Shown: piece by piece, positions 24,221 to 36,169 of the stretch
Layout: every line of letters begins with the position of its first letter
Numbering within the stretch: position 1 is the stretch's first letter
Assembly (NCBI RefSeq): GCF_006345805.1
Contig: NC_043005.1
Location: 23,994,001 to 24,058,000 of the forward strand
DNA length: 64,000 bases
Reading direction: 5' to 3'
Source: Octopus sinensis
Lineage: Eukaryota
Notes under the pieces: generated by a model
The model's database searches: none
The model's input: only the letters and a program-made list of their open reading frames with translations
What the model was told of the DNA's origin: nothing
Program-made: the position numbers and the translations under genes

Positions 24221-25082
24221 TAGAAAATAGTAAAAAGTGAAAAAACTACAGAAGGCTTAAAGGTTAAAAATATATATATATTTGCGTCAATAGGTCTGAA
24301 GAATATTTTTAAAAATTGTTTTTCCTTACAATGACATAGTTTAGAAGAAAGACCGGTTTCGCGTTTAGCTTTTCAAATTTCTTACGACGTTATGTTTATG
24401 TTGGATAGAGTTATCGTTATGTTTATGTTTAAAAGAGTTCTAAATAAGGGGAGGTAATGAGTGATTTCTTCCGGTGTAAGGGAGATAATCGCTTAAAATT
24501 TTTTTCTCTTTTCCCTTGGTGTGAATTTCTCTGTATCAGTATGTTGGCATGGTTAAGTCTGGGCTTGTACTTTTCAATGAAGAATGTTTCCTTGTTTAAT
24601 CTAATTTGTGTTGATGATCCGATAGCACATTGGTAAAATGGAAAGATTAAAAATTGTGGTAGTAGTTGCTTTGCGCATTACTCAATGTCCTCACTAAAAA
24701 GTATCATTCTGTATTCTGGGAATGCAATCTTAATCTTTCCATTTTATCAATGTGCTATCGGATCATCAACACAAATTAGACTAAACAAATTAGACTAAAC
24801 AGAGAAATTCACAAGGGAAAACAAAAAAATTTTAAGCGATTATCTCCCTTACACCGGAAGAAATCACTCATTACCTCCCCTTATTTAGAACTCTTTTAAA
24901 CATAAACATAACGATAACTCTATCCAACATAAACATAACGTCGTAAGAAATTTAAAAAGCTAAACTATGTCATTGTAAGGAAAACCAATTTTTAAAAATA
25001 TTCTTCAGACATATTGACGCAAATATATATATTTTTTGACCTTTAAGCCTTCTGTAGTTTTTTCACTTTTTACTATTTTCTA
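24221..25082. mobile_element. Penelope-like 3' fragment (GIY-YIG C-terminus plus pLTR) forming a long fold-back
   Basis: Arms 24221-24650 and 24730-25082 are inverted. Minus strand 24730-24520 reads QIAFPEYR..LIFPFYQCAIGSSTQIRLNKETFFIEKYKPRLN; remnant GAAACCGGTC at about 24350. Confidence 0.75.
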
Positions 25083-25599
25083 TATATTCAACCACGTGCT
25101 TTCACAAACCAACTTTCTTATCTATCTATCTATATATATATATAACAAAAGAGGTGGAGTATTTCTATGCAGGAAAATATAGGCAAGCTTGTTGTTGAAA
25201 ATTCACCTAAATTTGAAAAACTTATATATGCAAATAAATTTATCTTAAGCAATTACAAGTTTTTCAAATTTAGGTGCATTTTCAAATACAAATTTTCCTA
25301 TATATATATTACTTATTTCTGTACATCATATATCACATGTCATATATCATATATTATAGCGATTTCGTCCATTCTAGTGGAGTTGTCAAGTTGAACTGAG
25401 TTCTTGGAGAAAATTTGACTATTTTTATAGTGTTATTGTGTGTGTAGTGGTGGGGAGAGATATAAAATAGTAGAAGAGTGTGATGAATGGGAAGAAAGTG
25501 AGAGAGAGTATGTGTGTGTGTGTGTGTGCGTGTGTGTGTGTATGTTTGTGTTTGTATCTGAAAGTAATTTTAAAGAAAAAGAAGGAAAGTAAAAAAAGG

Positions 25600-26460
25600 G
25601 AGAGAACGAAAAAAATTTGTTGATCTCTTTGTAGCTGGTCAGACTGTTTACTCCAAGGGGGCAAAACGTTACTTTTCAAAAAAATTGTCTGGATTTCATT
25701 TTTATCATTGCCTTGTGAGAGAGAGAGTGTGTGTGTGTGTATGTGCGTGTGTATGTATGTATGTATGTGTGTGTGTGTGTATGTGTGTGTGTGTCTGCGT
25801 TTTTGTATTTGAAAGAGGTATTAAAGAAAAAGAAGGAAAGGAGGAAGGAGAGAAATATTGTTGCATTTGTAGGTGGGTTTACTGCAGATCCCACATTTAC
25901 CATCTCCGCACTCTTTTATAAAGAATTCAGTTTTAGTTTCTGATGTGAATTTCGCTCTTGTTAGTTGTTTCTTCAGGTTTTTGTCTTGTTGTCTACTGTT
26001 TTTTTATGCAATATTTGTTTAATATGTTTCCCATTTGGGGGCTTTGTAGGACTATTGGTAGGTTTGAATGTATGATTTGAAACATGTTGGTAACTCCAGT
26101 GTTGTGTGTGTTTATAAAAGGGATAATGTCTTTGTTTTTCGTTTTGGGGGTTCTGAGTTGTGTGATGTCCAGTTTCATTGCTCTTGAGATTCCATTTTTT
26201 AATAATTTGAGTGGGTATTTTTGTTCTAGTAGAGGTTTTTAAGTTCATCCAGTCTTAGTTGGCGTGTTTGTGAGTCAGTTACTATGCTGCATATACGTCT
26301 CGCCATAATATATGGGATGTTTCCTTTTATGTGGGATGGGCGGCAGGAGTAGAAATTTAAATATTGGTGTGTGTCGCTTTTTTTGTAGTGGATGTCTGTT
26401 GTGACGATGGAGTTGTGTATCTTGATGTTGATGTCTAGGAAGGGAAGTTCGTTTTTTTCT
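25600..26460 (-). mobile_element. Penelope-like RT thumb/linker fragment between inverted flanks (25320-25605 and 26451-26790)
   Basis: LPFLDINIKI..TDIHYKKSDTHQYLNFYSC.PSHIKGNIPY..ARRIC..; IPFINTHN; KNLKKQLTRAKF..KECGDGKCGIC. Confidence 0.85.
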
Positions 26461-26553
26461 TCTTTCTCTCCCTTTTCTTCCTTTCCTTCTTTTTCTTTAA
26501 CACTCTTTCAGATACAAAAACACACATACACACATACACACACATGCACACAC

Positions 26554-26595
<42 letters not shown>

Positions 26596-26887
26596 GCTCT
26601 CTCTCACTTTCTCCCCATTCATCACCCTCTTGTACTATCTTATATCTCTCCCCACCACTACACACTTAATAACACTATAAAAATAGTAAAATTTTCTCCA
26701 AGAACTTAGTTCAATTTGAAAACACCTCTAGAATGGACGAAAGCGCTAATATATGATATATGATATATGATATATGATGTATAAAAACATGTACAATACA
26801 AATAAATATCTGTAAATATAAAACCATCCGAATGTCTGAGTACCTCATTTCTTCTAATATAAAATACCAGTACATCATCTCCAAACC

Positions 26888-26925
<38 letters not shown>

Positions 26926-27153
26926 ATCCAAACAAGAAAACACAAAAACAAAAAAACAACAACGCGAGGACGTGGAACAAATAAAGTATTATTGGATGCT
27001 CAGGAAAGAAGCGAAGAAGGAGGGATTAACGTTTCGAGCGGAGCTCTTCGTCGGAAACATAAGAGAAGGAAAGATCCCGAGAAGGGAAGACAGAGGAAAA
27101 AAATTGCCAGTGGTACTCACGAGGTCTCACACACACACACACCACACACACAC

Positions 27154-27185
<32 letters not shown>

Positions 27186-27536
27186 TTATGTGTCTGTGCG
27201 TGTATGTATGTATCTATCTATCTATACAATATATATAAATATATATCATGTAATCTCCTATTGTTAGACGACGTATGAGTGTTCGGCAAGTTCTTGTTGA
27301 ACAACCACAGAAATGATTCGTTTATAGTGATCATATGTTTGTATTCACATAAGCTCACTCACTCCAACAAATCGGCATTACCTGTACAGGTGCACTGTGT
27401 GTCACATGCCAGATGAGGAAATGATCGCAGAACAACGTGAAATGAAGTGCTTTGCTCAAGAACATAACGCAACGTTCGGTCTGGGAATCGAAACCACCAT
27501 CTTCCAATCGCGAGTACAACACTCTAACCATGTGCC

Positions 27537-27594
<58 letters not shown>

Positions 27595-29311
27595 CACAAA
27601 CACACATACACACACTCACACTCACACACACATACTCATGCCTATATGTATACATACATACACACGCATATTTATACACATACTTACATACATACCTGCG
27701 AGCCCCATCATGATTATAATCGCCAGTCTTCCAACTTCGCCCTCTACCAATACCTTGGAGTTTGACCAGAGCACTAACGCACCCACAAACAAATACCCAC
27801 GCCCCAACACGACGGACACATACCCAATTGACTGGTTTCCACTACCCCCAATAAAAACCTCAAACACATTGTAACCCTACATACACTGCATGCGCACATA
27901 CAGGCCCCATGAAATTAACCAGTACATAAAACAAAGAAAACGCACTAACGAGCACAGATGTGTGTGCCCACTCTCCCTGTAAAGATTATACATATGGTAC
28001 CACTACACAAATTCCATTTCCACAAGAACATCAACATGAAGGACACCTACATTCCCCCAAAACACTTCCAGAAAACTTTTAGCGACTTGCAACATAATCA
28101 CTCCAGTGGCGATGGTTTGGTACCAGGGGACATGACTCTTAACTGAAGCCCCTATTCGTTTCGTTTCATCATCCTTTTCACAGCAATCGCAAGCCGGATG
28201 TGTCAATTCACCACCAGCAATAGAGAGCATTCACCATATTTCATTCCATATCGGCTTCCTCTTATGAGTACAGAGTTACATAACTGGATTGTTACTTAAC
28301 ACTCCGTTGAATCCCTAGCGCGAAACCGATTAACAAGACCGATCGAAAAATTCGGATAATATACCCACTCTGTTGACAGATATACGAGTTTTTTCCTACC
28401 TTATGGACTCACACACACACACACGCGCGCGTATATAAGCGTACACACATGCAATTCAGATAGGTGTATTTGGAATGCGGAGTAATGTCAGTTTGGTTTT
28501 AATATTCTAAATATTTCACTACGTGATTCTATTTTCATGCAAAGGTGAGGTTATTCTAAAAAAAAAAAAATTCTAAGAAAAAAACAGATGACTTACGCAT
28601 GAGGATTCTTAGTATTAAAACTTACAGATTCAAAATATGAAACCTTTTCCTGATTAATGTGCTCTGTTAACATGTCTACTTCTTTTGTAATAGAGCCTAT
28701 ACAAACTTTAACACAAGGCAGCTATTAGATTCACAAGCACATAAAAAAAAGCCAAATTGTCGTTGATCTCGAAAAAGGAGAAACAAGCATTAATAGATCT
28801 CTAAGCGAGATGTAAACAGTAGCAGCACGGAATTGTGAAGTATATTTGCAAACTAAATGTGGCGCTCCCATAGAGTATGATGCTACTTTTTCGCCCCAGG
28901 AGGACATCTCCAGTTGGCTAAAGACATATATGTAAAAGAGTAAAGATCCCCTTCAGTCATGAATTACTATGGGATTGCACCTAGAAAGATATCCTCCGAG
29001 GCACAAGTCCGGGCAAGGTTGTTTTTGGAAGACCAGCAGTTGCCCATGCACACAGGCCTCCCTTCTCCACGCCACCAGTGTTATCCAAGAGAAAGGCAAA
29101 GCTCGATACATCTTGGTACCAGTGACGTCGTAACTAATTTCAGCAGCTGAGTGAACCGAAGCAACTTGAAATGAACATACCACACAGCCCAGTCCAGGAA
29201 TCGAACTCACTACCTCATGATTGTGAGCCCGACGCTCTAACCATTAAGCCATGCGCCTTCAACACACACACATACACAAACATGCACACACACACACACA
29301 CACACACACAC

Positions 29312-29346
<35 letters not shown>

Positions 29347-29460
29347 TTCCCTTAGGCATCGTAAGACTAATAACTGGTGTAGAACTCAAAATACGTATAG
29401 AGCGGTAATAAGAAAAAGACATGCCAAAGGAGTAAACAGTTATCTTATGAATTTCATTAG

Positions 29461-29602
29461 CTTACACCTGGTTTCTGCTATAGGCTATAGTGGACTCATA
29501 GTTGAGTGCCCGAATAACAACTTAAAGCTTCGCATGGATGAAGCTATACCATATTATTCAGGCATTCGGCTATGTGTACACTGCACCGTAGAGCAGAAAC
29601 AG
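29461..29602 (+). CDS. Candidate host-gene exon (142 nt, phase 2 to 0): LHLVSAIGYSGLIVECPNNNLKLRMDEAIPYYSGIRLCVHCTVEQKQ
   Basis: TTTCATTAG acceptor, 47 open codons of non-repeat sequence, weak donor CAG|GTTTAA. Confidence 0.5.
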
Positions 29603-29826
29603 GTTTAAGCTAATGAAGAGTATAAGATAACATTTATTCCATTCTCATCTATTTTTCTTATATATATATATATGTTTGTTTGTTTTGGATGTGTATCAGT
29701 ATGCATATACTCACACGTATATACATACTAACATAAACGTATATGCATGTACATATATACATGTAAATACACACACACACTCACACACACAGACACACAG
29801 ACACACACACACACACACACACACAC

Positions 29827-29868
<42 letters not shown>

Positions 29869-30486
29869 CACGCAACATGCATGCATCGATATATGCACAC
29901 ATTAACTCTCATATATTAGGAAACAAATAAGTATATACCTATAGGTATACATAATCATACACACAGATAGACACAAAATATTTTATATATACATATACGA
30001 ATACCCTGACATAAATTTCGCACACCATTACATATAATTTTACTTACATATACATATATTTAAAGACAAATACATACTCATACTTACATGCTAAAAGATA
30101 AAAGAAAAGAATATATTGGAAAAAAAATATATATATATATTCGGAAGTTACGTTGTATCATTGACAAGTAGACAACATAGCAGCAATTTTCAGACTATGA
30201 GCGCTGATAGACACTTTTAAAAATAATTTAACGAATTTTCTCTAAAACACACGAAGGTTGTTAATATATACAAATAAACAATACAAAGTTTTTAATGTGT
30301 CTGTATATAGAAAGACGTATACACACGCACATACGCTCGCCTACACATAGACCCAGACATGCATAGGCATGTACGGACGTGCAAAGGCGTACTTATATAT
30401 ATTTGAGTAGTTATATAAATTACGTAAGAAATTAGAAAAATTAGAAATTCTAACGGATAATTTTGAAACAAAATTTGCATTGTAAG

Positions 30487-31075
30487 TGGTCTGATCAATA
30501 AATATCTGGACTGTTACTATAGTAAGGATGCAAAAGCACGGAAATTAAAGCTGCTTGGCACAGATTGAGCTTGAATGTTGTTGTGCATGCGCACTAAGTT
30601 TTAATCTTCTAGCTTGCTTCTGCTGTTTAAAACAGCACTTGGAAGGATGGTGAGTAGCGTGTGATCGTGTCATTTGAAAGAAGGCGCGTAGCGTGTGAAT
30701 TGACAATGACAGAGAAAGTTGAGCAGAGAATCTGCATCAAATTTTGCCTAAAGCTTGGCGATACCTGCTCAGAGGCCTACGCAAAGTTTTCAAAGGGTTT
30801 TCATCGTTCTCGACACAATCAACGAGATCTTGTGCAATTGAAACCCGAGTATCCTTTTGGTCAGCTGAAAGCGGTTTTGGCACAAACTTGGCAGACACGC
30901 GTCTCATACCCAAATCTTCAGTGATAATGGACTGAACTGAACCGTAACTAATCTGCACATCTTCTGATAACTCACAGATGGTGATTCGACGATTTCCCCT
31001 CAAAGCTGCACACACATCTGTGATGTTTTTCTCGGTTTTACTGACTGTGAGTCTCCTAGAAGGGTCATCAATATC
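30487..31075. mobile_element. Mariner relic with an internal inversion
   Basis: + strand from ATG 30706: MTEKVEQRICIKFCLKLGDTCSEAYAK. Then minus strand 31075-30796: NRRITICELSEDVQISYGSVQSIITEDLGMRRVSAKFVPKPL. Confidence 0.85.
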
Positions 31076-31179
31076 GAGATTTTATCGGCCATCTTGGAAA
31101 CATATCTGAACCATTCGTACTCTTGTATGCAGCTCATACACTCCTCTCCATACACTTTCTGCAACTTTACAAAAAAAGT

Positions 31180-31625
31180 CCGGACACAGTGAGAAGAATA
31201 GCGGAAATGAAGGGACTGGTAAGTGTAAGGCTGTCAGGAGACACTTTTAACTCAAATGACGGCGGTATTTTGGACCTGCGGAGAGTTACGACAAAATCAT
31301 GGAGGGCTTCGCAAAGAACATAAAACTGGTGAAATGGTGTCGACTACATGAAAGCCCACCTACCATAATGAACTATGAGAGACTAAAAAGAAAAATTCAA
31401 TTGTAATTTTTGTGAAATTCATTTATGAGAAAGGAAAAATTGTCGAAATGTAACCATCCGACTTCAGAGGTCGAGTGGGAATTTATATCTTTTCATTATT
31501 TCATTCGTTTTCTTCAGTTTTTTCGTCTTTATTCATTATCTTTTTGTATTTTAAGTTCCCCGAGTTTATGTTTGTCTTGTTTGTATTGTCCCATTCTGTG
31601 TATAGCCCCTTGTGGGTGAAAAAAA
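31180..31625 (+). mobile_element. Tx1-like LINE 3' end
   Basis: RLKRKIQL motif, then a T-rich UTR ending GTGTATAGCCCCTTGTGGG-A(n). Confidence 0.55.
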
Positions 31626-32384
31626 GTCAACTTTCTGCAACTTTAGGAAGGCCTCTACGCAGGTATCGCCATGGCAGCTTTCTCTGTCATGGTCACTGCG
31701 ACGATTACACGGAACACACGTTCATTCCAAGCACTACTGTAAACAGCGGATGTGAGCTAGAACGTTAAAACTTAGTGCATATGTACAGCAAAGTGCAAGG
31801 TCAATCTTTGCCAAGTGGCTTCACTCTGCGTGCTTTAGCTTTGTTACTATAGCCATAGACCGGATACTTATTGATCAAACCTCTTAGTTGTTGTGTAAAG
31901 TCGGTTCTAGAAAGAGGCAGAATGTGATATGAGAACAAACCGCAGGGAGTGTCATGTATTACAGGTGCAGATGTTTCTCTTCCTTACGGAGACGCATATA
32001 ATGCTACTCTAACTAAACTGTATTGTTATATAAGTAAACGAAACGGCAAGTAAAGAAAAGTCATCTGAAGAGAGGCATCTGCTTTATAATACATGACAAT
32101 TGTTTGTAAAGCAACTCACTTGTAATAAATGGGTGCATGATGAGTCGAAACGATCGTAGTGGTTCTGAATAAAGAGTCTCGTAAATTCCATTTAAATGTC
32201 TCTCATCGTTTTGTATATGTATGTATGTATGTATGATGTATGTATGTATGTATGTATGTATGTATGTATGTATGTATGTATGTATGTATGTATGTATGTA
32301 TGCATGTATGTATGTATGTATGTTTGTATGTATGTATGTTTGTATGTATGTATGTGTGTGTATGTATGTATGTATGTATGTATG

Positions 32385-32420
<36 letters not shown>

Positions 32421-32539
32421 GGCATTTGTGTGCGTAATGTTTGAAGGAAAAAAGATGTTTTTCCAAACTTATTTGTTTTTTGTAGCCGAATTTATGGTTT
32501 GTCCAAATTACACCGTACGCAACATAGGGCCGGTTTCCC

Positions 32540-33776
32540 GGTTTCTCTTCGAATGTATTCCTCCCTGGACGAGACGCCGGTCCTCCACTAATTCAACTTA
32601 GAGTATTGGCAAATATTTCGGTCAGGTTTCTTGCTAATGAGAACGTAATGCGAGAAATTAGGCGAGTGAGAAATGTTTATTGTTTTTTATCAGTGATTGT
32701 GTTTTTATAAGTGATTCTGTTTTACGGACAAATATGTTGTGAATGTACGAGATGAACATGCAAAGGGAGGCCGACTAGTAGGGGGAGTCCTAAGTATATG
32801 CGTACAAGCCTGAAAGTTCGTATCATTGATTAAGTATGTGTCTTTAAAGAGCACTCCGTCGGTTACGACGACGAGGGTCCCAGCTGATACGATCAACGGA
32901 ACAGCTTGCTCGTGAAATTAACGTGCAAGTGGTTGAGCAATCCACAGACACGTGTACCCCTAACGTAGTTCTCGGGGAGATTCAGCGTGACACAGAGTGT
33001 GGAAAAGCTGGCACTTTGAAATACAGGTACAACTCATTTTTGCTAGCTGAATGAACTGGAGCAACGTGAAATAAAGTGTCTTGCTCAAGGACACAACGCG
33101 TTGCCAGGAATTGAACTCACGACCTTACAATCATGAATCGAATACTGCTAATCACTGAGCCATGAGCCTTCACGATGCGTCTATATGTATATGTGAATGT
33201 GCGTCTAAGTGTATTGGTTGAAGAAACTAAACAAATGCTTGTTTTTATTACGTTAAACCTGTTTACACACGAAACCCTCACAACAACACACAATTACACA
33301 CACACGCACACACGCACACACGCACACACATACATACGCACGCACACACACACATATTCTTTGTTTTGTTCTGTATCGCCCATAATGTTTTTCTTTATGT
33401 AAACCCTTTGAGATCAATAAAGAAATGATAATCAGTAGTATCATTATTACGATCTAAGTTCAAATTCCCTTGATATGGACTTTGCCTTTCATCTTATGGG
33501 CTCGATAAAATAGTTACCAGTTGAGCGCTGGGGTCAATGTAATCCCTCGAAATTCTTGGCCTTGTCACAAAATTTGAAACCGTTATTATTATTATTATTG
33601 TTGTTGTTGCTTCTCTGGTTTCTCTGGCGAATGTATTCCTCCCTGGACGAGACGTCGGTCCTCCACTAATTCAACTTATAGTATTGGCAAATATTTCGGT
33701 CAGGTTTCTTGCTAATGAGAACGTAATGCGAGAGATCAGGCGAGTGAGAAATGTTTATTGTTTTTTATCAGTGATT
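32540..33776. repeat. Direct repeat of about 159 bp (32540-32698 and 33617-33776)
   Basis: GGTTTCTCT..GAATGTATTCCTCCCTGGACGAGACG..TTTTTTATCAGTGATT occurs twice with few mismatches. Confidence 0.9.
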
Positions 33777-33796
33777 CTCTTTGTATTATTATTATT

Positions 33797-33832
<36 letters not shown>

Positions 33833-33877
33833 ATTGTTATTGTTGTTGTTGTTGTTGTTGTTATTATTATTATTATT

Positions 33878-35576
33878 CTATGTTTGAATTTTGCTTTATA
33901 TTTGTACAAGTTGGCTCCAAGTCTCCCCCAGAGACCTCAAGAGACAACAGGTTGGAAGTTCACGTTGTTGTTAGGCCTAGTGGTTGTTTTTGTTTTGGTG
34001 TTGTACTAGTGGATGTCTTAAAAAAATGTTTGTTTTAAACCTTGAGATGACATAGAAAGTATTTTGCGTAGGATATGAGCAGTTCCCATGAGCACTATCT
34101 TTTGAATTTCTGCCATTTTTGGGTTTTCTGGTATCTGAGTTAGGTAGCAATCAGCCCCTTTTGCTATCATTCCCAGGGCACCTATGACAACAGGTATTGT
34201 TTTAGTTTTCAGGTTCCACATTTTGCTGATTTTTATTTCAAGATCTTTATATTTGCTCAGTTTTTGGTAGGTCTTGACAGATACGTTTATATCGATTGGG
34301 ACAGTCATATCAATGAGGAGGCATGTTCTGTGTCTGAAGTTTTTCAATATGATGTCTGGCCTATTTGCATCTATCTTTCTGTCAGTTTGAATGGGGAAGT
34401 TCCAGAGGAGTGAGATGTGGTCATTTTCAAGCACTGGGGGTTGTTTGTGTTCCCATCAGTTTTTTTCATGGGGCAAATCCAGGTTTTTGCAGATTACCCA
34501 GTGAATATATTGTGCAGCTCTATCATGCCTGTTGAGATACTCTGTAGGCGCTTGCAGACTGCACTTGGAGACAACATGATCAATGGCTTCATTTTGTTGT
34601 TGACATACACGACATGTTGGGCTACTGCCGTTCTTTAATATGTTGGCCTGGTAGTTTCTTGTTGGTAGGCATTGATCTTGAGCTGCAATGATAAACCCCT
34701 CTGTTTCAGATTTTAAGCCAGAGGCCATTAGCCATTGATGGGTCAGGGCTTTGTCAACATCTGCATTATTCGCTCTCTTTGGGTATTTGCCATTGAGAGG
34801 TTTTTCTTGCTATTTATCATTCAGAATACCTAAGGCCGCAGTTTTAGCACGGGTTTTCATGCGCTTAGCTTTTTCTGTGCTTGTTTCTTGTATGTCTATC
34901 TCTAATTCCGAAATTTGTTGTATTCGGAATTCACTTAGATATTCCTTTGCCTGTTTTGTTACTGAGTATGATGCTTTCTTGTTTTCATGTTTTGAGACAA
35001 GTTTTAACATCCAGTCCCCAGAGTGTTTCAGGTAGGTGTCTAGGCCAATTGTAGCAATCTTCATTGTTATTGCCAGTTGTAAAAGTCCACGGCCTCCCTC
35101 TTTTCTTGGCAGATAAAGTCGTTCTGTGGTGCATTCTATGCATTGTCAACAGTTTTCGTATTTTTCTGTCAAGATTACATATTTCAGTAATTGACCAGTT
35201 AACGATATTGAAACTATAAGTCACGACTGGTATGGCTTAAGCATTGATCGCTTCAATCGTGTTTCTCGCATTCAGCTCTGTCTTGAGTATTGCTCTCACT
35301 CTGCGATAACATTCTCTCCTGATCCTTTCCTTCATCTCTGAATGCCTTATTCCGTCCCCTTCAATTACCCCTAGGTACTTGTAGCTCTCCGCTGGGTCTA
35401 GTTCTTTTATGACATTCTGCTGGTCAAGGTTAACGTTAGATGTTTCTGTCATTTTTTCTTTGATAAAGGTAGCTTTTGCACATTTATCGAGGCCAAATTG
35501 CATTCTGATGTCATCACTGAATTGTTTGACAATCGCTAGTAAGCCCTTGTGTTGTTGGTCATTTTTTGCAAAGAGC

Positions 35577-35578
<2 letters not shown>
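33878..35578 (-). mobile_element. 5'-truncated R4/Dong-like LINE (end of RT, CCHC, RLE) flanked by (AAT/AAC)n on both sides
   Basis: DIRMQFGLDKCAK..YKYLG; CRVCQQQNEAIDHVVSKC; LLWNFPIQTDRKIDANRPDIIL..KLSKYKDL..IQKIVLMGTAHILRK; microsatellites at 33784-33877 and 35579-35609. Confidence 0.9.
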
Positions 35579-35609
<31 letters not shown>

Positions 35610-36169
35610 TTGTGGATTAGAAGTAAGGAGGGGGCTAAGAGGTGATGAAAAGTCTGAAAAAGGAATAGCAAAAACAGAGAAAGAAAGAGAGAGAAATAGA
35701 GAGAGAAGGAGAGGGAAAGAAAGAAAAAGAGCGAGAGCGAGAAAGAGAGAGGGAGAGAATATTCTATTTATTTTGGAATATTGCTTTATTGTTTTCCACC
35801 TAAAATGCTGGGTGTAGGAAGTAATGTTTTTAGTGTAAACATTGGTGTAGTTTTGCCTCTACATATCTGTGTGCGCTAGTGTGAGGGTGTATGTGTGTGT
35901 TTATGTACACACCTACATAAACATGAAAGACTATTAACTGAAATTGCCATAAATACTATCAACATTAGTGTTAGTCACAGAAGTGTCATCGCTGTTAAAT
36001 AACTGGTTAGTCTCTACTAATGTGTTTATTCGAATCCGTAGTGATATCCGTGTCATCCTTGTATTTCTCCATGAATAGATTAGCTTCAAACATTTCTGTA
36101 TACAGCATAAATCGAAATAAAAAAACAAAACAAAATCGAAGGCAAAGATTAAAAAAAATAAAAAATAAA

